64,000 nucleotides of DNA from Camelus dromedarius (taxonomy: Eukaryota), in NCBI RefSeq assembly GCF_036321535.1, contig NC_087436.1:81036001-81100000 (forward strand), in the 5' to 3' direction. Both the position numbers and the translations under genes were made by a program. The notes beneath the pieces are model-generated. The model was not told the DNA's origin and ran no database searches. It saw nothing but the letters and a program-made list of their open reading frames with translations. Shown one piece after another: positions 49,216-61,330 of this stretch; within the stretch, counting starts at the first letter, position 1; each line of letters begins with the position of its first letter.

Positions 49216-50616
49216 TATCATGCAGCTACAGTTCTAGCAGGGTCCATTGCCTTTGGTAAGAGGAAGCTTGAGTTCACGTCCTTCTACTTAGGGGCAGTCT
49301 CCCTTTGGAGTTGGTGTAGACATTATAAATAGATGGAGTCAGAAAAATTGAGTCTCTCTCAGGGCCAGAATGGTCAGACGATTTCCATTCTGCTTAAATA
49401 GAACTAATAAAATACAGATCACAGCATTCCCTATAGAGAGTTTTGCACTCTGCATCAAACCCCTTTAAGTCACTTTTATTCTAACCATAAAGATTCTCTA
49501 AAATAGTTAAAATTGGCAAAAAAAAAAAAAAATTTCCCCACAGTCTAACAGCTCACTGGTGTCAGGTCATTCAGTATCACTAAGAAAAGTCACACATCAG
49601 TTGTCTCTGTACCCCTTCCTTCGTATCTTTGATACATTCAACTCATTTGAATCTCCACTAGATATTTCTCTGTGGATTGGTCTAATTTTACATATAACGC
49701 AACCACCCTGGGATGAATTTTAAATCATAAGGAAGGAAAAGAAAAGTGTCTTCCAGCAGTCACACAGCAACTTTGATACTTCCTCATTCAGCCCAGGTGT
49801 GGGAGCGGTGGCCACGCTGCTCCAGGTGTCTCAGGATAGAGTCCTTGGGCCTTGTGCTTTTCCTCAGGTGTTAACGGGGCTTAAGTGAGGTGGAATATGA
49901 GAGTGCATGATGTCTGGTGCTGGCTGCAGACCAACCTAAAGCTCTGGGGCTTGGAGTTGATGCAGGTGTCCCTCTTACTCTCTGTGGGTCTGCATTTATA
50001 ACAAGGAAGCCGTAAATGTGTCAGTGGTAGGGGGAATTAAGAATTGAAATGAAGATTTTGAAACTCTATTTAAAGACATCTTCTATTCAAGATCCTTTTT
50101 TTCTTTTGTCCGTAACAGAATTGGTTGCATTGTTTATAATGAATGAGCAGAACGCGGATTGTTCTAGTGTATGCTCAAAAATATGGATTGAATTTAAGAA
50201 AGAACGAAGGAGAAGGGAAGGGAGAGAGAGAACAGGAAGAAGGAAAGGAGGCTATTGTAATATGTAACACTCTAGGACATAAGACATATTAACATGGAAT
50301 TTTTAAAGGATACTTATTACTTAATGCTTCCCTATTTTTGTCAGTGGAGGCAAGAAACAATGAGTGCCATAATTAGGACAAATAGTCAAACAGTTTATAA
50401 AATTCTAGCCACTCTTTCCTTTGTACCCTGCACTAATGTCAAATATATAATTTAGTCTCTATGGGACTGTTTGTGTCTGTTATTTACATATAAACATGTA
50501 TGTAATAGTATGCATCTCTGTGGCCATGTGGTCAGTATAGAGTTGGTTGACAGTTCTGAATAAATATTCTGTGCTATGAATTCAGTAATATAATCAAACC
50601 TGGGGATTGTCTTGGA

Positions 50617-50868
50617 GAGGCGGCACAGTGTTAGGTGATGAATTCTGGAGCCAGACTGCTTAGTTTGAACCTGGCTCTTCCACTTACTACCTGTGGGACC
50701 TTCAATTTGTTACTTGACCTTTCTGTGGCTCAGATTTCCCATCTGTAAACTGAGAATAATAATATTGCCGATGGCAAAGGATTATTGTGATGATTAAACC
50801 AATTACGTGTGTAAAATGCTTAGAAAAGTGCTTGGCATACAAGTGCTAGAATAACGCTTGTTATCATT
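50617..50868 (+). mobile_element. MIR SINE, near full length
   Basis: tctggagccagactgc...ctcttccacttacta.ctgtgggacctt...ctcagatttcccatctgtaaa...gcttagaaaagtgcttggcata. Confidence 0.92.
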
Positions 50869-52332
50869 TAATTAGGAATTAAATCCACACTCTGAAATGA
50901 AGCCCTATACAATTCTCTGTTCCGTTAAATGTAGACTAAATACTGAAAACACTGGGTGCTGCTATCAACTGAATTTTCCCTCCATTGAGAAATTGGACAC
51001 CATTGGTCAGCGGGACCAGTGGCACTATTTCTGTTCTCATCTAGAACATTTAGGTTGCCCTCATCCAACTCACCCTGCTCTCCATGCCCTACGCTCTTCT
51101 GTAACAGGAGCGTTAACTTAGTTTCAGGACTGTTTTTGTCACTGCTTCTGCAAATGCTCCAAGTTCACTGTCAATCCAATGTTTATCAATTTCTAAGTCA
51201 GCTTTGTTTTCCTTTAACGTATTCTGCAAAATACATGCCTATACATTTTTAAACTAATCTGAGAATGCTTTCACTTCTATTCTACCACGAGTCTTGCTTG
51301 CTTGCTTGTTTGCTTACTTTTTCTTTCTTTCTTTGTGTGTGTGTGTTTGTGTGCCTTTGCTATTGCTTTCATGACATCAATGAGGAGGGCAACCCAATGC
51401 ATTCCCTTTGGGGAGGGTGATGATGATTTGATTGGATTATGAACTGAAAAAGAGATCCTTCATTGCTTAGCACTCTGGCACTTTCAGTGTAAATGCCATC
51501 AAACTGCACTTTATCTGCAGGAGCTTACACTGTTTTTAGCTATTTGGAAATAGACAGTTTAGACTCCCAGTGGATTGGGACATAGGACAATTTAATAAGC
51601 ATTGTCTATCTGGGTGAGCATCCTGAGGGTGTGGACCAAATCCGAATCAACTTATCACTGCTCAGCACTAGTGGAGTGTTTGTACTGATGTGTTGAATTG
51701 GAGGGGGGACATAGAATACTTTGCTCTTGGGCATGTTTTCCTTAGAGAACACGTATGGGTTATGGAGCCAAACTGAAGCATTTTAATGGATTTGGCTCAG
51801 TATCATCAACAAAAATAGATCAGATGCAAAAGCTCTGAGGTGAAGCTGAATTGGAGCATGTCAGAATCAGTCTCTCCTTTGGTTTCCAGGCCCTTAGGGA
51901 AAAAGTGGCACACTTGTTTCTCATGTGCAGTGATTCTTGCTACCATGGTGAACAGGTGTTCCCAATTTCAAAGGCCTTGTGTATGTTAGTAGCTCTCAAG
52001 GTTTCCATTCACATTTATCAAGATTCTTCTACTGTCTCCTTCACTCTCTCTCCAGGACCCCTTACAGCTGTGCCTCAAATACAGTGGCTCTTTTAATTTT
52101 CACTTGGAGAGTTAGACTGCATAATGGGTGAAAGCATGAACTTTGACATAAGTTAGACCTAGATTGGTCCAGGCTCTTGGTGCGGTGGCCTATGGGAGAG
52201 AAATTGAGAAAGAACGCCTTTTGGCATCAATACGTTCATCTAAAAATTATGGTAAGAGTGGAACAGAGGATGCTTATTAAAAAAAATTGGAAATAGAAAA
52301 AAAGCAAATGCATTTAAAAGAAGGACCTAATT

Positions 52333-52550
52333 AGACTGGGATTTCAAAATTGTAGAATAGACTACACTGTATAGCACAGGGAAATATACACAAAATGTTA
52401 TGATAACTCACAGAGAAAAAAATGTGACAATGAGTGTGTATATGTCCATGAATAACTGAAAAATTGTGCTGAACACTTGAATTTGACACAACATTGTAAA
52501 ATGATTATAAGTCAATAAAAAATGTTAATAAATAAATAAATAAATAAATA
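52333..52550 (+). mobile_element. Young lineage-specific L1 3' end (218 bp) with (AATA)n tail
   Basis: Perfect 17-bp TSD aaaagaaggacctaatt at 52316-52332 and 52551-52567, with a TTT/AAAA endonuclease site. Confidence 0.95.
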
Positions 52551-53759
52551 AAAAGAAGGACCTAATTTCATAATCAATAATAAATACATTTTGGGGATTT
52601 CATCTTGAAAATGTATTTCATCTAACAAAAAACAAGCTATAATTGTGGCTTTGTGCTACTGCTGTGGGGTAAACTAAGAAGAATGTTTGATGGGAACTAA
52701 CCTTACAGGTTAGTTTTAAATGAATATTTTGTATTATCAAAAACTTTGCTGCTCAATGTGACCTTGTAAATGTAGGGAGTTGGACAATAAGTTTTCAAAT
52801 AAAAACAGACTTGCCAAAATTTATCATGTGGGTAAAGCTAATATGCTTGAAGCACATTTGCCATTTTGTTAGATAAGTGAAAGCCATTGTGTAATAATGA
52901 GCAGCCATCTCTACTGGATCCGAGGACATTTATCCACGGAAGGAAAATGATGGGTCTAAAAAGTGCCTGCCTTTTTAGGGCTTTAGAAATTGTGTTTAGC
53001 TCTTCCTCTTTGACAAACTGTTGTTTATGAAAATGTTTGGATGTATTCATTAGCACTGCAAAAATCAGTAACTCGTCACCTGAGCTGCTCACTGGTGGTC
53101 CCCGCCCCTGCTCCCTCCTCCTTCCGTGAACTGATTCCTCCCTCTCGCAATGTTCTTCCCTCAGAAAAACAGTGCAGGTACATGGGTGTCTTCCGAAAAC
53201 GCAGAGTCTGACTGGAAATTATGATTATCCTTTGATTCAATGGCAGAAGTCTGATGAAAATGTGTACTACCTGCTTGCTGAAACCTGATGGGGTGTGCAG
53301 GAAAAATGTGAGCACAGCAACTGACTTGTTTTTGAACTCTTGCCTGGCTATATATGGCAGACACACCATTTATTTCTTCATTCAGGTATTTAATTATAAT
53401 CCCTTCCTTGACCTGCACTTTCTCCAGGTTCTGTTATAGTTAGTACCAGTGGGTTTGTTGGAATTGATTGCATACACTGGCAAGGAACCCTTGAAAAATA
53501 ACTAGTGCAAATAATTAGGATTATATTTCTTCTTTGGTGGCTAGTTAGGCAAATATGTGAATAAATTGGGTTCTCCCTCATTATATCCATACACATACAT
53601 GATGCAAGGGACAATATGCCAGTTTTCAGACCAGATCAATTCTCAGGCCATGAAAATTGTATTTTAAGACTAAAATGATCAAAGTAGCAAAATGCATACT
53701 TTAAATATTACCTCATTATTTTTATCTATGAAGAACTAGTCTGAAGCTGTGTACTAAAA

Positions 53760-54240
53760 GGAATGCTTTTTATTCCTTTTTAAATATTATGTTCAGTTTT
53801 AATTATGAAAGTAAACTGATTTAAAAGTTCATCATGTATGCACCACACACATTTAACAGAATTAACCTTCTGCCAAATTTTTTTCACATAGCATTTTCGT
53901 AAAGGAATAAAATATTACACATACAGGGAAAGCTCTGTCCTTTTCCTCTCCTTTCATGTTAGAGTTGGCTACTTCTGAAGCTAGTGTGTTTAATGTCCAT
54001 GCATGTTTTTGCATATTTTTACATACATGTATTTCCATAAACAACATATAATAAATGCATATTTTAAAAGTTTAATATATCTCATCATCTATAACTCCTG
54101 TTGTAGTTTGCTTTTATCACTCAGCATTATAAACTTTAATCCATATTGATACATTAGTAGTTCATTAATTTTAACTGCTTTATAATATTCCACTGCATGA
54201 AACCAATCCTGCTATACTATAAGAGATCTCAAATTTATTA
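53760..54240 (-). mobile_element. Old L1ME-like 3' fragment
   Basis: tttaattatgaaagtaa...ttgcttttatcactcagcatta...ttcattaattttaactgct...tattcca. Confidence 0.6.
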
Positions 54241-54261
54241 ATGCCTCCAAGTGTCAGGGCA

Positions 54262-54263
<2 letters not shown>

Positions 54264-54324
<61 letters not shown>
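54264..54324. repeat. (AC)30 perfect microsatellite
   Basis: Direct count, 61 nt. Confidence 0.97.
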
Positions 54325-54332
<8 letters not shown>

Positions 54333-54339
54333 TATATAT

Positions 54340-55105
54340 TTCTGATTGACAAAGTTAGAAATGAGAAACTTTTATTTTCCTGCTCAGCAAAGTCCAGCAT
54401 TTCTGGGCTCACTGTATGTCCTCTCAATTCTATTTGCAAACCAGTCAGTTCTTTGCTGAGCTTGTTTATTTCTTGTAGCACCTTAGCAAATACACCTACC
54501 AGAAGCCTGCTCATTCTTCTAATATTCTAGTTGAGAACCTGCTTAAGCTCACAAGTTTATTAGGTATATGTTCCATCTCCAAGTTATCACAGGAAACATT
54601 TTTTACCAAAAATTTTACCACTGCGTGAAATGGTTCCTTATATTTCTAGCCTCCTATAATAGTTTGTCATTAGCCTCCTGATTTGAAAGCCAGTGCTACA
54701 TATATTGGGTTTTAGCATAATAGTACCTTAAATCTAGATACCAATATCTTTAGCATTTATCTTTTGTCAAAATAATGCATAACAAACCATCATGATACTT
54801 AGTGTCTCATAACAATCATCTGTTGTTTTTTTCTTGCTTCCACATTAGAGTTTCACAGTTGTAGGCTGGCTCCTCTAGGCTGGGCTTGGCAACCTGTGGG
54901 TTGAATCCAGATCTGTTCCACCTGCCTTTTATCTTCCTTGGACCATGGGCTACTTGAGGCTTGACCTTTTCTTGGTAATCACAGAAGCCTAAGAGGGAAA
55001 ACTCAGTTACACAGGTATACCTTAAGCCTCTGTTTTCATCATGTCTGCTAACATCCCACTGGTTAAAGTCTAAGGTCAACAGGGCAGGGATGGGTACTCA
55101 GAGTC
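54340..55105 (-). mobile_element. MLT1I/J-like 5' LTR (about 54749-55105) joined to the start of MaLR internal sequence (about 54340-54748)
   Basis: LTR motifs aataatgcataacaaacca, catgtctgctaacatcccactgg. On the minus strand the junction reads gatattggtatc, like the MaLR-int start gaaattggtacc. Confidence 0.7.
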
Positions 55106-55261
55106 TCATGACAGAAAATGTGCAGGAAAAAATGTCTTCTTTGATAGGAAAGGCAATGATTAGTGATAAGTCGTAAACAGGAGAGCACAAGGCGTGCTGA
55201 TGGAAATGAAGCATTGAGTGTTTACAGACAGATACTCAGAGGAATCTGATTAGAGTAAGTA

Positions 55262-55482
55262 CTGCTGACCCTTGAACAAGGCAGGGGTTAGGGGTGCCAA
55301 CTACCTCCCCCTGCAGTTGCAAATCTGCTTATAACTTATAGTTGGTCCTCCATATCCATGGTTCTGCACCCATAGATTCAACCAACCCAGATCTTACAGT
55401 ATTCTATTATTTACCATTGAAAAAAAATCTGCATATAAGTGGACCCAAATAGTTCAAAGCTGTATTGCTCAAAGGTCAACTG
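55262..55482 (+). mobile_element. Tigger2-related MITE (MER8-like), 221 bp
   Basis: TIRs ctgctgacccttgaacaa / ttgctcaaaggtcaactg (14/18), flanked by TA at 55260-55261 and 55483-55484. Confidence 0.9.
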
Positions 55483-58400
55483 TATACCTTGTTGGCTGCA
55501 TGTGTTTGCACTTATATCTGGTGGAGGAGGTCATTGAAAATATAATAATACCTAGAGATCTTAGAGACTAATTTCATGTGCTGCAGAACTCCTGACAGTA
55601 TGAATCCTACATAAACTGGTGGACTACCAAATACTCATACCTGTCTTTTCCTTGAACAAACAAGATCCAAACTCATGTGGCCTGAACTGTATAGGACTTT
55701 AGGATTAGCTCCTGTTATAACCACTGAATATAAACATGTCAGAATCAATATTAAAATTGTTAAGACTTTTGAGAAAATAGTAGAGTTGTGGGGAATAACT
55801 CCTGGGAAATTAAAAAACAAAACTCTTACTGTGTATTTTGACAGTATATACATACACACACACACACACACACATATATGTGTATATATATATTACCCTG
55901 ATGAAATACTTTTATGAGGAAACTTAAAAGTGTACAGGAACATTATAGAAACTTAACACAAGTTATGGAAAAAATGAGGGATATTTCTTTATATTTTCTT
56001 GATAAACAGAAAAAAATGAGACAAAAGGAATAGGAAAAGTCAATGCCAGCTATGTCATAACTGTCTGTGATACACTGGATGTAGAGAAAAAGAAACCAGA
56101 GAGAAGATTAAAATGTAGTTGGAAGAGATGAGAGGAAATGGGATAAGACAGTAAAAAGTCTGCTTCAGTCTTTGGTTCATCAATTTATTTTGCAAAGGCA
56201 GATACCTGTTATTACCTGATATGTGAAGCAGCTGAACATATTTCATTCTGTTTTTTAAAAAAGAGGACAAACAGCCTTGTATAAGAAAGCAAATAACCAC
56301 ACAACAAGCAATTATAGAAGACTTCTCAGGATAAATGATGTTCCAAAGTCCAACCATCTAGATCATACTCCCCAAACCCTGACTTGATACTGACCAGCTT
56401 TATTCTGATCAACCTGAGGAGGTCACTCTGCATTGCCTCCAGAACAGTCCTAATTTTCTCAGGACCACCCATTCTGTGCCAGCCACGAACCAGAGTGCAT
56501 GTGGACTGATTCGGAGCCTAGTCATCAACTGCAGAGCAAATTATACACATTTGAACCATTGCCCTCCATTATATAACACCCCAGGGTGAATTTTCTGTGC
56601 CTTTAAAGCTCTTAAATATTAGTCACTTTTAACTCCTTTTGATAACATCATACATTAAGAGATTAATCACCTTATATAATGCCATCATTATTAAAAATTG
56701 CTCATAGATCCTGGGATTAAATTCAGCCATCAAAGAGTCTCATAGATACTTATTAATAGATGACCCTCCTTCCCCATCACAGCATTGTTTTTATTGAAAC
56801 GTATGTAATTGGACTTGATGTCACATGTGTATATCTAGAAACATTATAAGAAAACAACCTGTGATAAAGAACTTGTCTCTGTATTGTAAGGATGCTGTCT
56901 ATCACATTACAGTGTTATTCTCAAAATAATCCACAGAAGAAATTTAATTTCACTAAGAGAAAAGGGTGGGCTTTTCCTTTACACCAGGTATATATTTGCT
57001 TTATAAACAGCTGCCAGTTTTCTGAAACACTGATCCCTTGATTTGAGTTGCTTACACAGGATTTCGGGCATGCAATTGCTATTTATATACTAACCTTCAT
57101 TTTGTTTTCCTTTCCTCACTGTCCTTTTACCTCAGCATTATTGCTTTCACTTACTTTTCTTTGCTATATTTTTATCTGTATCTGCATATCCTGGGTGCCA
57201 GAATCTCTCCTTCAGTTCGGTTGACTTAAGATAGTTATCATGTTCACCTCCATCTTTAAAATTGCTGGATGTTACTTGTTGTAACAAAATATTAATCGAG
57301 ATGAGTCTTGGTATAGGATTAACTATGTTGTAATAGTGAAAATTTTAAGCAAATATAAACTGGTAGGGAGCAGACCAGTGATTATACAGCTTCTAATATT
57401 AATTGCTAATTAATAATGTGGGGATCCTTCTCACAAGGAATTAGTGAAACCCTTAGTTGAAAGGACCTATTTTCTTAGGCAGTAAGAGTTTTAAATTAAT
57501 GTAAACATGAAAAAATATGTGATCTTTAAGAGTATTATATACATTATTTCTCTTGGAAAAATAATTTTTAGGGTATCTGTTCCAAAGCAGCGTCTTTGGC
57601 TGATTTTGCCCAAAATCTAGTTTGTATATTTGTGTTTGTCTGATGCTGGAAGGTGTGTATTTGAATTCTGTGCCTTAAAGCAGATCAGACTCATGGAGAA
57701 CTCAGAATTTTAATAACTACACACTGCCACCTTTAAAAGAAGAGAAACTTCTATGCCTTTTCTGCATCATTGAGTTCTTCATCTCATTTTCCAGCCTGAA
57801 AACCAAAGGCACAAAACTATATTAATCCAGCAGCTGAGAGGCATATTTAAAATAAAGTATTTGAAGCTATCTCAGCAACGGCTTTCCTGAAATTTCCAAG
57901 CAGTTAATATTGTGATCAGACGGCTGATGGTCAGTTATGTAAAGCATTGTCAGTCTATATATTGCAAGGAGTTTGTGGATTCTAGCTTAACTGAAATCGT
58001 TTTTGTAATGTCTGACCTTTGAAAAAATATTAATCTTAACAGTTTGTGGTGATTTCTTATTATGACTCTTTTATTTATAATATTTTGGATATTTCTAATA
58101 TTTGAGGCCTCTAATCATTGGCTCCAGTTCTCTTGTTGGTCATGACTTTGTGTAAACTATACAGTTTAGAAAAACAGATGTTATAGAATGTATTAAATTA
58201 CTCTTTTCCCAGTTTTGCAAAGGCTCTCTTTTTTGTCTAATTGTACTTTCACTCCCTTTTAGAAATAGTCTTTTTCTTTAAATTCCAGATTATAAGAAGC
58301 AAACCTTTGCATGTGTAATTTCATACCAGTGAGTTGCAGAAAGATATAACAGTTTTTCATGTATCTAATATATCTATGTTAAATATAAATTATATTTTTA

Positions 58401-59154
58401 ATATATTATTTGTATAGCTATATGTGAAATATATCTAAATGTTAAATATATATATTCATAGATGGATATATAGATATATTTAACATTTTAAAGTAGATTT
58501 TTAGTGCTCAAAAGAGCACACAGTGAAATATCTTCTTCCTATTTCTGTTCCTCAGTCACCCAGTTGCCTTCTCAGACACAACCCAAGTTATGACTTCCTT
58601 AAGTATCTTTCCAGAGATATTCAGTGCACACACAGACATACAGATATATTTTTCCTCTTTTTTGACAAAGATGCAGCAAACTGCAGATTTTATTCTTTAC
58701 CTTGTTTTTATTTCCTATCAAATTCTGTCTTTGAGTTTGTGTGTGTGTGTATGCACACAAAGACCTTCTTTATCATTTTTATAGCTGCTACATGGTATTC
58801 TATTATACATGTACCCCAGTTTATTTAGTCAACACTCTACTGATTAACATTTTTATAGTTTCTAATCATTTTCTGTTACAAATGATATGTCTGCAGCATT
58901 TTCACATGTAAGACGCATCAATAGGATTAAATTTCTAAAAGCAGAAAGTAATTTTTCATTATGGTAGATATTTGCAAATTATCACTTATAGGAATTTTAC
59001 CAATTTACACCACCACTAGCAAGGTATAATAGTATTTTTTTATTCATACCCTCTCCAACATCATGTGTTGTCAAACTTTTTATTTTGGCTGTGGTTGCTG
59101 AAAAAATCCTTTAAGATACTTCTTTACATTTGACTGTGTTTATACTATCCACCA

Positions 59155-59370
59155 CAGACACACATATGTGTGTGTGCGTGTGTATACACACACACACTAT
59201 ATATATATGTGTATATATATATATATATACACAACACACACCCTATATATATACACACACACAATATATATATACACACACTCTACATATATATACACAT
59301 ACACACACGTATGTGTGTATTTATGCATGTGTGTATTTATACATGTGTGTATCTCCATATTTATATATAA
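59155..59370. repeat. Compound CA/TA/TG microsatellite
   Basis: Directly visible. Explains the H/T/Y/I/C/V-rich ORFs here. Confidence 0.95.
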
Positions 59371-60054
59371 AAGGCAGAGACAGATATTTGTGGAATTTAT
59401 AGAGTTGAAATTTGAATCCTTTTTTGAAATGGATTCTGGGTTTTGCATCATAACCAGGAAGGTCTTCCATACTCTGAGATTATTAAAACAGATTTCCCAT
59501 GGCTTCTTCTAGTACTTTTATGTTTTATTTTTTCATTAAATTCATTGGTCCATCTGTCGTTTATTTTGGCGTAAGGTGTGATATATAGATCCTAGTTACT
59601 TTTGCATGTTGATTTCTGTGTAAAGTATAGAATGAGCTTGTCTAATTGAGAGGAAAAAATCCTGACTCCTTTTATTATGAAGAAGTTAAAATTCTTTATT
59701 AACTTGGTGAAAATTGACAGATTTATAATTTAAGTGTTTTAAGTATGTCCTAGTTCCTTTGGTGTGTGTGTCCAAGTAATGTTTTGAAGTTTTATTTAAA
59801 TAGACCATGCATATTTCAGGTCAAATTTAATGTAGGTATTTCTTTTTTTTGTTGCAATATTATGGAGGCGGGTCTTTTTTTTTCACCGTTACCGGTGATT
59901 GTTTATATAGATGGATGCTCTTGATTCTTTGAATTAATTTTGAACTCAGCTGCTTTTATATATTCTATTCTCATTCTTCACACATTTTCTGTTGGTTTCC
60001 TTGGATATTACAGGTAACCAATCATATCTACTCATAATTTTACCTTTCCAATAT

Positions 60055-60682
60055 GGTCAGCCTTAGCTAGCTTTTGAAATAAGGACTAAATCTCAGTGGC
60101 TTAACAAAATAAAGTTTTATTTGATGATAGTCGAATGCAGTGTGATGGGGTGGGGCTGGCTCTACCCGGGGAGTAATTCAGGGACATAGGCTTCTTCTAT
60201 TTCCATATTCTTAGGGCAGGGATTGTCCAGATATTTTTCCGTACAAGGCTGGACTGTGAATATTTTACACTTTGCTGAACATACAGTCTCGCTCAGAACT
60301 ACTCAACTGTTGTTATGGCTTGTAAGCAGCCATAGACAAGACGTAGATAAATGAGCATGGCTGTGCAATCAAACCTAATTGATAGCAACAGGCCGTGGGC
60401 CAGCTTTGGCCCATGAGCTGGTTTGCCAACTCCTGTTCGTGGGCTTCAGAATTCCACCTTGGATTCTCTGTATCCAGCTGGCAGATGTGGGAAGAGAGAA
60501 TTACAATCACTTGGAATTATTTTATTAGACAGTCTTGGGATCAGTACACTTCACTTCTGGGTTTGTCCTACTTGCAGAACTCATATATGGCTTTGCCTAT
60601 TGGGAAATGTAGTGTATATATGTACCCAGGAAAAGTTAAAAAAAAATAATAAATGGTGATCATCCAGCTAGGTTCTACTACA
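60055..60682 (-). mobile_element. Old MLT1 (J/K/L-like) LTR interrupted by MER58A
   Basis: aaatctcagtggcttaacaaaataaagttttattt ... tcagggac ... tgggaaatgtagt. Confidence 0.65.
60217..60435 (+). mobile_element. MER58A hAT-Charlie MITE
   Basis: cagggattg...gtttgccaactcctg termini; aactactcaact, aagcagccatagacaa, aaatgagcatggctgtg. Confidence 0.88.
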
Positions 60683-60959
60683 CTTCTGCTTGACAAGCTT
60701 TACAAGAATAATCTATTTCTTTTGTATCATTATATTGGCTATCATCACTAGAAAGTGTGACACAATAGTAGTCATAGTGAAGATCATTTCACTGTCCCTG
60801 ATATTAATGATCTCCTAGAATTTTCCATTAATCATGATAATTAGTTTAAGACCAAGAAACATGAATTTTTATTATATGGGGGAAGAATTTATATTCTTTG
60901 CATTCATATTCCACAACAAATATATATTCCTATAATTTACAAATGGGTCTATTTTGGTA

Positions 60960-61330
60960 AGGCCTATGCACTGAGAATAGTTTTTATATTTTTAAAGGTT
61001 GGAAAAACAAACATAGAATGTGCAACTGTTTGTGGCCCACAAAGCCTAAAATATTTGCTATCTGATTCTTTATAGAAAAAGTTGGCTGACTCTTGTCTGG
61101 AATGTTGCTACTCAAAGTGTAGTCTAGAGACCAGCAGAATTAGCCACACCTAAACTTAAACACTATTAACATTTCTGGATAGTTATTTCCTTATTGCAGG
61201 CACTGACCTGTGCACCCTTATTGGTATAAAAAAAAAAAAAAAAAAAAGGATATTTAGCAGCATTTCTAGCCTCTACCTGCCAGAGAGTACCTTCCCACAC
61301 AGTCATTGCAATAAAAAATGTCTCCAAGTA
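60960..61330. mobile_element. Cluster of hAT-Charlie MITE fragments: MER58B-like (about 60960-61096), MER5A-like start (about 61103-61150), MER20 fragment (about 61165-61330)
   Basis: tgtggcccacaaagcctaaaatatttgctatctg; gctactcaaagtgtagtc...accagcag; tttagcagcat...aaaaatgtctcca. Confidence 0.7.

Noticed and set aside
59130..59512. His/Thr/Tyr/Cys-rich ORFs
   Set aside because: Translations of a compound dinucleotide microsatellite.
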